From NCBI GenBank assembly GCA_964016885.1, contig OZ024742.1, positions 33,170,001-33,234,000 on the forward strand: a DNA stretch of 64,000 bases, read 5' to 3'. The position numbers and the translations under genes are program-made. Every line of letters starts with the position of its first letter. Positions within the stretch are counted from its first letter, which is position 1. This document shows positions 26,530-40,608 of the stretch, in pieces. The notes beneath the pieces are model-generated. The model saw nothing but the letters and a program-made list of their open reading frames with translations, ran no database searches and was not told where the DNA came from. This DNA comes from Eledone cirrhosa (Eukaryota).

Positions 26530-26714
26530 GTGGATTGGCAGTATCGGTAGAGGGTCGGACGCCATGCTTCCCAGCATAGAGTTACATTCCTGTATGGTCT
26601 GAGTTCAAATCTCGCTGAGGTTAACTTTGCCTTTCATCTGTATGGGATCGATAAAATAAAGTACCAGTAATGTACTAAGATAATTGCTGACCTTGTGCCA
26701 AAAGTAGAAACAAT
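26530..26714 (+). mobile_element. tRNA-derived SINE, family A
   Basis: gtggattggcagtatcggtagagggtcggacgccatgc..gagttcaaatctcgc..core. Confidence 0.85.
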
Positions 26715-27807
26715 TATTTTATAAATGTTTACCAATAGATAAAGAGCCAGTTTCTAACAGAGACACAATACTTTTTCATTGGAATTTAGACAACATCAAT
26801 AAGTTAAATACCTATATATGACTGTATGTGTTTGTGTGTATGTATGTCTGTATGTATTGATCTGCATATTTTCAGTTATATGTGTACACGTGCATATGTT
26901 TCTGTGTCTATACATGTGTATATGCAGTTATTACATGAAAACTTTCTGAAATGTTTTACATATTTTTACAGTTCCATTAATGGACCTTATGCATGTTCTA
27001 AGCTGTAGGCCAGAGTTATGTACCCAGGTAGATGAAACTTTACATAAAGACAGTATGGATTAAGGGGTGGTGGTGGCTGACTGAGCTGTAGCCAGGGACC
27101 TACAATATTTATTCAAATTAATTTTTTTGCTATTATAAATAAAATATAGGTATATGTAGCTGCTATTTTTAGCAGCCAGAGTGACTAGTTAGAGGCTTCC
27201 TTGTTTGTTTGAGTAGATCACGAGAGCGGCTAGCAGATGTAGGAGGAAAAATTATGTTAACAACACAAGTACAACAATAACAAAGTCATAGAAAAAGCAA
27301 CAATAAGTAAATATTACGATAAGCCAATATGAGAACCTTTACATGGTTACTTATCATGCTAGAAATAGCAGCCAAATCACTCTCATTTTCCTAAATTTTA
27401 CATTATATATTTTTAATACTAAACATGTTTTCAGATTGAGTGGGGAGGTACACCAAGTTTTTTGAGGTGTTGTGGTGGGCATGGAGCAAAAAAAGGTTAA
27501 GAAACACTGCATAAGACATAGCTTTAAAATGATGGGATAGCTATAGTTGGAATTCTTTCTGTCCATAAACCTATTTGATCAAGGCTAAATGACAATAGAA
27601 CATACTACATAAGTACTCAATGTGCTAGAAATAACAGCCCCAATTCACACTCTATAATCTTACCAAAGAAAAAATACTGTAATCCTACTATATTTAAATA
27701 TAAGACAGGATGGTCATTAATGGAATACCTTTGATCATGTGTACTTAAACAGAGCTGACTTGGAGTTAAACAACATCTTAAGCAAGAGTTCTAACTTGCT
27801 CATATAG

Positions 27808-27995
27808 CTGGGAATAAAGTCTATTGCTACCCTGTTGATATTCATGGCAGTGGTGGAGATGACACTTGACTGGGAATAAAGTCTATTGCTACCCTGTTGA
27901 TATTCATGGCAGTGGTGGAGATGACACTTGACTGGGAATAAAGTCTATTGCTACCCTGTTGATATTCATGGCAGTGGTGGAGATGACACTTGACT
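27808..27995. repeat. 62-bp tandem triplication
   Basis: ctgggaataaagtctattgctaccctgttgatattcatggcagtggtggagatgacacttga at 27808, 27870 and 27932. Confidence 0.93.
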
Positions 27996-28067
27996 ATATG
28001 TATATGTCATGTGATAAGCCCAGAATTTGATTTGATGTTTTTTCTTCAAGACTCCTAAACTTATTTT

Positions 28068-28395
28068 AATAATAATAATAATGAAATTATTGTGTACAGT
28101 GCTCAGGTGTACTACAACTCATTAAAGGTGCATGTATAGAACATAGAATAATGTACAAATGTCAGGAAAGTAAACAGTGTATGAGTCATGATATACACAC
28201 AGATACATGCGTGCGTGTGTATAGAGGTGGAATATCAGATGTAGTGTTGGCGAATTTCAGGAAGCATGGAGGTTTTGAAGGATGCAGTGTCCCGACAACT
28301 AACAACCGATGCAGGTAGTTTGTTCCATGCTTCAGCAACTCTGAGCATGAAAAGAATGTTTCCGAAAGTCATTGGAGCTGTGGTGTTTTGTTGCA
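28068..28395 (-). mobile_element. CR1-clade LINE 3' end with (ATT)n tail
   Basis: Minus strand reads FRKH/FFMLRVAEAWNKLPASVVSCRDTASFK (the CR1 FF..RV...WN.LP..VV motif). Confidence 0.8.
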
Positions 28396-28454
28396 GAACA
28401 CATAATTTTCTAAAAATCGCAGAATCTTTAATTAAATTATATGGACAATAAATG

Positions 28455-28711
28455 ACACCCCTTTTAATAAACTTCCTGAAGCAATGAAACCACTCCTGGT
28501 TCTATGATACAAAGCTACTTATTTTAAAGTACTTATATTTATCTAAAAATTTTCCATCACAATTTTATGTTCCAAACGCCAAGCTTGATAGTAAGAAAGT
28601 TAGTAACTAAATTGAGTTACAAAATCCATTCAAATTTTTTATTATTTTCAAGATTATTTGAAAATCATCGACAGTGTTTTTCTGTAGAAATATGGTAATG
28701 GAAGGGTTAAA
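28455..28711. mobile_element. Degenerate piggyBac-type MITE
   Basis: Body similar to 50051-50273; right end gaaatatggtaatggaagggTTAA. Confidence 0.55.
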
Positions 28712-28751
28712 TGAAACAAAACATGGTATTGAGGAGAGTATATATATATAT

Positions 28752-28944
28752 ATACTGGAAAATATGTGAAATCCTTGGTAGAGTTAAGTATATTTGAAAA
28801 AAGGGAAAGAATGACTTCACTTGTAGTTCTAAACAATTTCATTTTGTGATATTACAAGTTTACATTGTAGATCTACATAGATGTACACAGTAAAATTGTA
28901 ATATCACAAAATTAAATTGTTTAGAACAAGTGAAGCCATTCTTT
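28752..28944 (-). mobile_element. Fold-back element between TA runs
   Basis: Inverted arms 28806-28863 / 28890-28944, one-sided tail of about 55 nt; no complete hammerhead core. Confidence 0.6.
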
Positions 28945-29632
28945 ATATATATATATAGTTATGGGTGGATTCCTGATGGGTATCGGGAGGTGACCACAGT
29001 TAATGTGGTACTCAATATATTAGTATAGTGTATGTATCTCTCTCTATCTATAGTTGTGTCAAGGACATGAGAAACTCTCTAATGCTAGTGGTCTACACGA
29101 TAAAAGCAGCCAGTACACACTGTAAAGTGGTTAGGAAGTGCAACCAGTCATAGAAATCTTGCCAAACAAGTGGTTGGAAGGACCCTTCCGTTTGTGTCAA
29201 AAGACATGGCAACTTCTCTGCACTTGACCGTATGTAAGCAAGATGCAGGCCCCTCAGCCTGTTTTCAGTACTGACATAGACCCACTCAACCCTTGCTAGT
29301 AGGGAAAGTGGATATTAAACAATGATGATGATGGTGATGGTGGTATATCATAATACTACTACTAATAATTTTCTATTAAATTTTATTAAAAGATCCCTTA
29401 TCTAGTGGAACCCCAGATTTTTTGTGAAGCCCTGAGGTTCCTCATAATTTACTTTAGGAAACCTAGCTCCAGACTACTAGATTCCTATCTCTCAGCAGAA
29501 GTCCTGGGTGAGGAGGGTGAGGAGGGTGACTGATGGAAACTGCGGGAAGATGAATGTATTCTAACTTTATACAATATATCATTGTTTATATATTCTTTAG
29601 TTCATTTTTGAGAGAGGAGAGAGAGGAGGGAG

Positions 29633-29664
<32 letters not shown>

Positions 29665-29759
29665 CAAAGAAGGAGGATGAGAGAAGGGGAGAAAAAAGAA
29701 ACAGGAGAGTGAGAGAAAGAGAGGAAGAGTAAAGTACAGATACCAAGAGAAAGAGGAAA

Positions 29760-30032
29760 AATACATATATACACACACACATATATATATGCGAGTGTGT
29801 GTATACACACACACATACATATATATATATATACACATATATACATATATACACACATATATATATATATATACACACATATATAAATATATACATACAC
29901 ACACACACACATATATATATATATACACACATATATATATATATATACACACACATATATATATACACACACATATAAATATATACATACACACACACAC
30001 ATATATATGTGCGTGTGTGTGTGTGTAAATAT

Positions 30033-30073
<41 letters not shown>

Positions 30074-30457
30074 TATATACATATATATACACACACACAC
30101 TCATATATAAATATATATATATACACACACACATATATATATATATATACACACACACATAAATATATATATACACACATACATATATATATATATACAC
30201 ATATACATACACACACATACATATATATATACACACATTTATATATACATATACATACACACACACATATATATATATACACACATATATATACACATAT
30301 ACACATACACACACAGACATATATATATACACATACACACACACACATATATATACACATATATACACACACATATATATACACATATATACACACACGC
30401 ACATATATATATATACACACACATATATACATACACACACACACATATATATATATA
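29760..30457. repeat. (TA)/(CA) compound microsatellite
   Basis: Alternating purine-pyrimidine tract. Confidence 0.95.
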
Positions 30458-30616
30458 TAAAATCAGTTCCTGTATGAGCAAGGCATGGTCAGCCGACTAG
30501 ACACTGCCCACAACAGGACAACCCGTCTAACCCATGCTAGCGTGGAAGAACGGACGTAAAACGGTGATGATGATGATGATGATGATATATATATATATAT
30601 ATATATAAATATATAT

Positions 30617-30843
30617 ATAGGAACGAGTAGGACCCCGACGGCTGAGCTCAAGCCGTTTCGACGGCTAATTCTGGACTAATTCGACGGCTAATTCTGTCTA
30701 CCTGAGTCCAGAATTAGCCATCGAAACGGCTTGAGCTCAGCCGTCGGGGTCCTACTCGTTCCTATTACCCACTCTACTACCCTAAGTATTAAGTACTTTG
30801 GTACGTTATGGTCCACCTGGTTCCTTACCACATTTCCTTCGTT
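30617..30843 (+). mobile_element. Fold-back Penelope-like remnant with the 3' half of a hammerhead
   Basis: Arms 30617-30677 / 30705-30765; GAAA-CGGCT tgagctc AGCCG-TC^-GGGG at 30723-30749; tail to 30843; a related degraded copy lies at about 20500-20580 (-). Confidence 0.72.
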
Positions 30844-31153
30844 ATATATATATAGAGAGAGACGGATAGAGAGTTAGAGAGATAATGGATAAAAGAAAAG
30901 TAAGAAAAACGAAGTAGAAAATTAAGTTGAAGAATTCCAGTCAATTTTCAGACCATGATGTAATCTATTTGTTTTTTTAATTTCTAACAGAAGAGAAACT
31001 CAAGTAGCTGTTACATCTCATTCCTACCTGTCATACAACTACAATATATATATATATACAGGTATGTATATACACCTGTATACCTGTCACACACAACTAC
31101 TATATATATATATATATATAGTTAAGAGGGGCACAAGGAGGGCTAAAATATAT

Positions 31154-31219
31154 GTTTATCCCGGGTTCAATCGGGAGTACCTTACTTACTGTGGTTACCC
31201 CTGATTGAACCCGGGATAA
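31154..31219. mobile_element. Small hairpin made of the 3' tail of the 6313-6498 family
   Basis: ttatcccgggttcaatcggg / cctgattgaacccgggataa inverted, enclosing gagtaccttacttactgtggttacc. Confidence 0.65.
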
Positions 31220-31261
31220 TTATCATCATCTTCGTTTAACGTCCATTTTCCACGCTAGCAT

Positions 31262-31345
31262 GTTACTCCTATCTACCTGTCACACACAACTACAATATAT
31301 ATATATATATATATATATCTACTCCTGTCTACCTGCCACACAACT

Positions 31346-31382
<37 letters not shown>

Positions 31383-34300
31383 ACTCCTGTCTACCTGCCA
31401 CACAACTACAGTATATATACACACCTGTCCTCCTGTCACACACAACTACAATATATATATACACACCTGTCTACCTGTCACACACAACTACAATATATAT
31501 ATATACACACCTGTCCTCCTGTCACACACAACTACAATATATATATATGCACACCTGTCTACCTGTCACACACAACTACAATATATATATACACACCTGT
31601 CCTCCTGTCACACACAACTACAGTATATATATACACACCTGTCCTCCTGTCACACACAACTACAATATATATATATACACACCTGTCCTCCTGTCACACA
31701 CAACTACAATATATATATACACACCTGTCCTCCTGTCACACACAACTACAGTATATATATACACACCTGTCCTCCTGTCACACACAACTACAATATATAT
31801 ATATACACACCTGTCCTCCTGTCACACACAACTACAATATATATATACACACCTGTCTACCTGTCACACACAACTACAGTATATATATATATACACCTGT
31901 CCTCCTGTCACACACAACTACGATATATATATATACACACCTGTCTACCTGTCACACACAACTACAATATATATATACACACCTGTCTACCTGTCACACA
32001 CAACTACAATATATATACACACCTGTCTACCTGTCACACACAACTACAATATATATACACACCAGTCTACCTGTCACACACAACTACAATATATATATAT
32101 ACACACCTGTCCTCCTGTCACACACAACTACAATATATATATATACACACCTGTCTACCTGTCACACACAACTACAATATATATATACACACCTGTCTAC
32201 CTGTCACACACAACTACAATATATATATACACACCTGTCCTCCTGTCACACACAACTACAATATATATATATACACACCTGTCCTCCTGTCACACACAAC
32301 TACAATATATATATATACACACCTGTCCTCCTGTCACACACAACTACAGTATATATATACACACCTGTCCTCCTGTCACACACAACTACAATATATATAT
32401 ACACACCTGTCCTCCTGTCACACACAACTACAATATATATATACACACCTGTCTACCTGTCACACACAACTACAATATATATACACCTGTCTACCTGTCA
32501 CACACAACTACAATATATATACACTCCTGTCTTCCTGTCACACACAACTACAATATATATATATACACACCTGTCTACCTGTCACACACAACTACAATAT
32601 ATATACACACCTGTCTTCCTGTCACACACAACTACAATATATATATATACACACCTGTCTACCTGTCACACACAACTACAATATATATATACACACCTGT
32701 CTACCTGTCACACACAACTACAATATATATACACACCTGTCTACCTGTCACACACAACTACAATATATATACACACCAGTCTACCTGTCACACACAACTA
32801 CAATATATATATATACACACCTGTCTACCTGTCACACACAACTACAATATATATATATACACACCTGTCCTCCTGTCACACACAACTACAGTATATATAT
32901 ACACACCTGTCTACCTGTCACACACAACTACAATATATATACACACCTGTCTACCTGTCACACACAACTACAATATATATATATGCACACCTGTCCTCCT
33001 GTCACACACAACTACAATATATATATACACACCTGTCCTCCTGTCACACACAACTACAGTATATATATACACACCTGTCCTCCTGTCACACACAACTACA
33101 ATATATATATATACACACCTGTCCTCCTGTCACACACAACTACAATATATATATACACACCTGTCTACCTGTCACACACAACTACAATATATATACACAC
33201 CTGTCCTCCTGTCACACACAACTACAATATATATATACACACCTGTCCTCCTGTCACACACAACTACAATATATATATACACACCTGTCCTCCTGTCACA
33301 CACAACTACAATATATATACACCTGTCTACCTGTCACACACATATACAATATATATATATACACCTGTCCTCCTGTCACACACAACTACAATATATATAT
33401 ACACACCTGTCCTCCTGTCACACACAACTACAATATATATATACACACCTGTCTACCTGTCACACACAACTACAATATATATATACACACCTGTCCTCCT
33501 GTCACACACAACTACAATATATATATATATACACACCTGTCCTCCTGTCACACACAACTACAATATATATACACACCTGTCTACCTGTCACACACAACTA
33601 CAATATATATACACTCCTGTCTACCTGTCACACACAACTACAATATATATACACACCTGTCTACCTGTCACACACAACTACAATATATATATACACACCT
33701 GTCCTCCTGTCACACACAACTACAATATATATATACACACCTGTCTACCTGTCACACACAACTACAATATATATACACACCTGTCTACCTGTCACACACA
33801 ACTACAATATATATATACACACCTGTCTACCTGTCACACACAACTACAATATATATATACACACCTGTCTACCTGTCACACACAACTACAATATATATAC
33901 ACTCCTGTCTACCTGTCACACACAACTACAATATATATACACACCTGTCCTCCTGTCACACACAACTACAGTATATATACACACCTGTCTACCTGTCACA
34001 CACAACTACAATATATATATACACACCTGTCTACCTGTCACACACAACTACAATATATATATACACACCTGTCTTCCTGTCACACACAACTACAATATAT
34101 ATATACACACCTGTCCTCCTGTCACACACAACTACAATATATATATACACACCTGTCTACCTGTCACACACAACTACAATATATATATACACACCTGTCT
34201 ACCTGTCACACACAACTACGATATATATATATACACCTGTCTACCTGTCACACACAACTACAGTATATATATACACACCTGTCCTCCTGTCACACACAAC

Positions 34301-37300
34301 TACAATATATATATACACACCTGTCTACCTGTCACACACAACTACGATATATATATATACACCTGTCTACCTGTCACACACAACTACAATATATATATAC
34401 ACACCTGTCCTCCTGTCACACACAACTACAATATATATATACACACCTGTCCTCCTGTCACACACAACTACAATATATATATACACACCTGTCCTCCTGT
34501 CACACACAACTACAATATATATACACTCCTGTCCTCCTGTCACACACAACTACAATATATATACACACCTGTCCTCCTGTCACACACAACTACAATATAT
34601 ATACACTCCTGTCCTCCTGTCACACACAACTACAATATATATATACACACCTGTCCTCCTGTCACACACAACTACAGTATATATACACACCTGTCCTCCT
34701 GTCACACACAACTACAATATATATATATATACACCTGTCTACCTGTCACACACAACTACAGTATATATATACACACCTGCCCTCCTGTCACACACAACTA
34801 CAATATATATATATACACACCTGTCTACCTGTCACACACAACTACAATATATATACACCTGCCCTCCTGTCACACACAACTACAATATATATACACTCCT
34901 GTCCTCCTGTCACACACAACTACAATATATATATATACACCTGTCCTCCTGTCACACACAACTACAATATATATACACACCTGTCCTCCTGTCACACACA
35001 ACTACAATATATATATATATACACACCTGTCTACCTGTCACACACAACTACAATATATATATATACACCTGTCTTCGTGTCACACACAACTACAATATAT
35101 ATATATATACACACCTGTTCTCCTGTCACACACAACTACAATATATATATACACACCTGTCCTCCTGTCACACACAACTACAATATATATATACACACCT
35201 GTCTACCTGTCACACACAACTACAATATATATACACTCCTGTCCTCCTGTCACACACAACTACAATATATATATACACACCTGTCCTCCTGTCACACACA
35301 ACTACAATATATATACACACCTGTCTACCTGTCACACACAACTACAGTATATATATACACCTGTCTACCTGTCACACACAACTACAATATATATATATAC
35401 ACACCTGTCCTCCTGTCACACACAACTACAATATATATATACACACCTGTCCTCCTGTCACACACAACTACAGTATATATATACACACCTGTCCTCCTGT
35501 CACACACAACTACAATATATATATACACACCTGTCCTCCTGTCACACACAACTACAATATATATATACACACCTGTCCTCCTGTCACACACAACTACAAT
35601 ATATATATACACACCTGTCCTCCTGTCACACACAACTACAATATATATATACACACCTGTCCTCCTGTCACACACAACTACAATATATATATACACACCT
35701 GTCTACCTGTCACACACAACTACAATATATATATACACACCTGTCCTCCTGTCACACACAACTACAATATATATATATATACACACCTGTCCTCCTGTCA
35801 CACACAACTACAATATATATACACACCTGTCTACCTGTCACACACAACTACAATATATATACACTCCTGTCTACCTGTCACACACAACTACAATATATAT
35901 ACACACCTGTCTACCTGTCACACACAACTACAATATATATATACACACCTGTCCTCCTGTCACACACAACTACAATATATATATACACACCTGTCTACCT
36001 GTCACACACAACTACAATATATATATACACACCTGTCTACCTGTCACACACAACTACAATATATATATACACACCAGTCTACCTGTCACACACAACTACA
36101 ATATATATACACACACCTGTCCTCCTGTCACACACAACTACAATATATATACACACCTGTCCTCCTGTCACACACAACTACAGTATATATATACACACCT
36201 GTCTACCTGTCACACACAACTACAATATATATACACCCCTGTCTACCTGTCACACACAACTACAATATATATACACTCCTGTCCTCCTGTCACACACAAC
36301 TACAATATATATACACACCTGTCCTCCTGTCACACACAACTACAGTATATATACACACCTGTCTACCTGTCACACACAACTACAATATATATACACTCCT
36401 GTCTACCTGTCACACACAACTACAATATATATACACACCTGTCCTCCTGTCACACACAACTACAGTATATATACACACCTGTCTACCTGTCACACACAAC
36501 TACAATATATATACACTCCTGTCTACCTGTCACACACAACTACAATATATATACACACCTGTCTACCTGTCACACACAACTACAATATATATATACACAC
36601 CTGTCCTCCTGTCACACACAACTACAATATATATATACACACCTGTCTACCTGTCACACACAACTACAATATATATATACACACCTGTCTACCTGTCACA
36701 CACAACTACAATATATATATACACACCTGTCTACCTGTCACACACAACTACAATATATATACACACACCTGTCCTCCTGTCACACACAACTACAATATAT
36801 ATACACACCTGTCCTCCTGTCACACACAACTACAGTATATATATACACACCTGTCTACCTGTCACACACAACTACAATATATATACACTCCTGTCTACCT
36901 GTCACACACAACTACAATATATATACACTCCTGTCCTCCTGTCACACACAACTACAATATATATACACACCTGTCCTCCTGTCACACACAACTACAGTAT
37001 ATATACACACCTGTCTACCTGTCACACACAACTACAATATATATACACTCCTGTCTACCTGTCACACACAACTACAATATATATACACACCTGTCCTCCT
37101 GTCACACACAACTACAGTATATATACACACCTGTCTACCTGTCACACACAACTACAATATATATACACTCCTGTCTACCTGTCACACACAACTACAATAT
37201 ATATACACTCCTGTCCTCCTGTCACACACAACTACAATATATATACACACCTGTCCTCCTGTCACACACAACTACAGTATATATACACACCTGTCTACCT

Positions 37301-37695
37301 GTCACACACAACTACAATATATATATACACACCTGTCTACCTGTCACACACAACTACAATATATATATACACACCTGTCTACCTGTCACACACAACTACA
37401 ATATATATATATACACACCTGTCCTCCTGTCACACACAACTACAATATATATACACACCTGTCTACCTGTCACACACAACTACAATATATATATATATAC
37501 ACACCTGTCCTCCTGTCACACACAACTACAATATATATATATACACACCTGTCTACCTGTCACACACAACTACAATATATATATACACACCTGTCTACCT
37601 GTCACACACAACTACAATATATATATATACACACCTGTCCTCCTGTCACACACAACTACAATATATATATATACACACCTGTCTACCTGTCACAT
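31262..37695. repeat. 6.4-kb minisatellite, unit about 37-45 bp: acacctgtc(ta/ct)cctgtcacacacaactaca(a/g)(ta)n
   Basis: Roughly 150 or more tandem units differing in TA number; precursor-like units at 31020-31100. Confidence 0.97.
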
Positions 37696-37752
37696 ATTCA
37701 CATATTAACTACATTGTTACTATGTATACAATCTTTTTTTATTCATCTAAGG

Positions 37753-38105
37753 CAGAGGTCCTCAAAGTCCCCCCCCCACCCACCGAGTGGTGTTAAGAAG
37801 CTCCAGAGGGAGGCTGGCGTCTAAGGAGGTGGTGGAGGGGTGGTAGAGATGATAAAATAGTACAGTAAATATCAAATGATATATTATATATAAGTATAGG
37901 AAAATAAAAATTATATAATATTTATTTATACATAGTATATATTATATTATTTATTATATATAAATTAACGGTTTTATTTATTATACATTATTTACAATTT
38001 GCATGTAGGCAGGTCTCTCTGGAAATAGGGTTGGGAGGGAGGGGACGCCGAGGGCATTACGTGCCGTGAGGGGGGGGGGGGGTCCAAAAAGTTTGAAAAC
38101 CTCCG
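37753..38105. mobile_element. hAT-type MITE
   Basis: TIRs CAGAGGTCCTCAAA / TTTGAAAACCTCCG; 8-bp target duplication atctaagg (37745-37752) / atctaaag (38106-38113). Confidence 0.8.
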
Positions 38106-38284
38106 ATCTAAAGTCTGATTTTCCATCCAGATAGGGACCCTCTTCTATGTGGTCAGTTGATTGACCTGCTAGAAATAGCAGGAAAGTCTTCCTCAAACCA
38201 TACCACTTCACACTACTTCCTATCATCCTATCTTATTTATCTCTCCGGACAACAACTGATTCTTTTTTTCAAATACCACTTTAG

Positions 38285-38625
38285 AAGAAGAATCAGGATG
38301 GAGAGAGAGCAAGTTTTATGAAAGGTGAGTGATAGTTGCGAGAATGGCCCGAGTGAATGGGCCTTCTCTCTATATCAGCCTGTAGGTTGAGGAAAAAGAG
38401 GAAGAGAGGAAGGGGGTACAAACTCTTCGTACTCCTGGAGATGAGGGTTGCACATTTTTTTCGGGGGTATGTGTTACCCATATGAAATGTCTCCCCCTAT
38501 TGGGGAAAATCAATTAACTTTTAAATTGTATTTGTGATAATATTTTACACGTTTTTATTGTATGTAAACTTCCCTCTTTGTATTTGTCCCCTTCTTTTGT
38601 GCCCCTGTGGCTAATAAAGAAACAT
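38285..38625 (+). mobile_element. 3' fragment of the Tx1-like family
   Basis: Homologous to the reverse complement of 56628-56955 (ARMARVNGPSLY.., 3' UTR ending aataaagaaa). Confidence 0.8.
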
Positions 38626-39281
38626 TTCTTATTTATCTAGCACAACATTAGATAATATATGTAGTCCTAGATATTCTATGTCTGAAAGAAAGACAGGAGG
38701 ATCACAGCCAGAACATTTTTGATTTTAAATCTACTTGATCAGGACTGACTTGGGACTTAACAATCCCAATAACAAAAACCAATGGCAGCAGCAGGCATGA
38801 CTTTTAAAAGTCCCTGCTAGAATTGGTTGGCTCAGCAAAATTTAAAACAGAAATCACTCAAACAAATCAAGGAGACTCAACCTCAAGGAATAGCAGCCAA
38901 ATCACCCTCAAATTACACACTACTATCTCACAAAGAAGGACACACTGGAACATGTAGTACAGGACAACCAATGCCCTCTCCTCCGTCTAACAATAAAATA
39001 CATCCTGTGGGGGAGGGTGGAGGTCTGATTCGTGTTTAGGTAGGGGATTCTGGGGAAAATAGTTCTAAACTAAGGTTAAACACCACATCCAGGCCATGCT
39101 GGAGTATCACATAGATATAAACAACAACAACAGCAGAAGAAGATTAACATCCCTTAATATAATGGTATTCCCTGTAAATGAGAGAAAGGACTTTGGGTAG
39201 ATACCAAAGTTAGAATACATAACAAAAACCAAGATAGATTATAAAGGTCTGTTATTTGGCTCTTTATTCTTTTGTTGTCCA

Positions 39282-39347
<66 letters not shown>

Positions 39348-39351
<4 letters not shown>

Positions 39352-39683
39352 TCGTTGCATTTTACGTCCGCTTTTTCCCTGCTTGCAAGGGTGGGACGGG
39401 AACTGATGCTGGCTTGATTTCTACAGCTGGGTGCCCTTCCTAACACCAACCCCATTTACAGTGAGTGCTGGGTGCTTTTTTGCCGTGGCACCTCCACGAC
39501 CACTTTTCAGTGAAATGATATGGACGCCAGTCCCTATCATCTCATTTCTACAGCTGAGTAAACTGGAGCAATGTGAAATAAAGTGTCTTGCTCAAGGAAA
39601 CAACACATCACCCGGTCTGAGGATTGAACTCACAATCTTTCGATTGCAAGGCCAATGCTCTAACCACTAAGCCATGTGCCTCC
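39348..39683 (-). mobile_element. tRNA-derived SINE, family B, full length
   Basis: Reverse complement of 8816-9150 and 62349-62690. Confidence 0.9.
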
Positions 39684-39994
<311 letters not shown>

Positions 39995-40044
39995 GGGGGC
40001 ACATGGGAAAAGCGGACGTAAAATGATGATGATGATATATATAT

Positions 40045-40433
40045 AATTGAAAAAGTGGAGAATAAAATGGTCAACAGTACAAAAAAGGGGATTTATTTAC
40101 AGTCTAACAATTGTTTCACTGATAAAGATGTCTAAAAATTGCTGAACACTAGAAGCAGTGCCACTCAATTTTAAATACGATGTTAGCTTGATCGGATCTT
40201 CAGAAATTGTTAGACTGTAAATAAATCTTCTTTTTTGTACTGTTGACCATGTTATTCTCCACGTTTTCAATTTTATTACTCCAAGATAAACTTACATAGG
40301 AATACAAGTGAAATCATAAACTCGTTATCTACGTAAACCTTTTGTTGAGTCAACGCTGTACGCTAAAACTATCCATAATAAGAAGTATTCACAACCTCTA
40401 ACTGGATTACCTATAACGATATTTTGTTATCCT
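40045..40433. mobile_element. Fold-back Penelope-like remnant; hammerhead-like motif on the minus strand
   Basis: Arms 40045-40112 / 40205-40272. Minus strand: ttt-CTGAAGA (40203-40197), helix II region of about 80 nt, GAAA (40117-40114), CAATTG-TT-aga. Long tail to 40433. Confidence 0.7.
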
Positions 40434-40567
40434 TTATATATATATGTATTATATTTATATATATACTTGTGTGTGTGTATATATGTATATCTATGTGTGT
40501 ATATATATATATATGTATGTATATATGTATGTATATGTATGTATATGTATGTATGCATGTGTGTGTT

Positions 40568-40608
<41 letters not shown>

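Noticed and set aside
31260-37824. 1600-2200 aa ORFs in all three plus frames
   Set aside because: The repeat unit simply lacks stop codons on this strand, and 2-nt TA indels shuffle the frames; not protein-coding.
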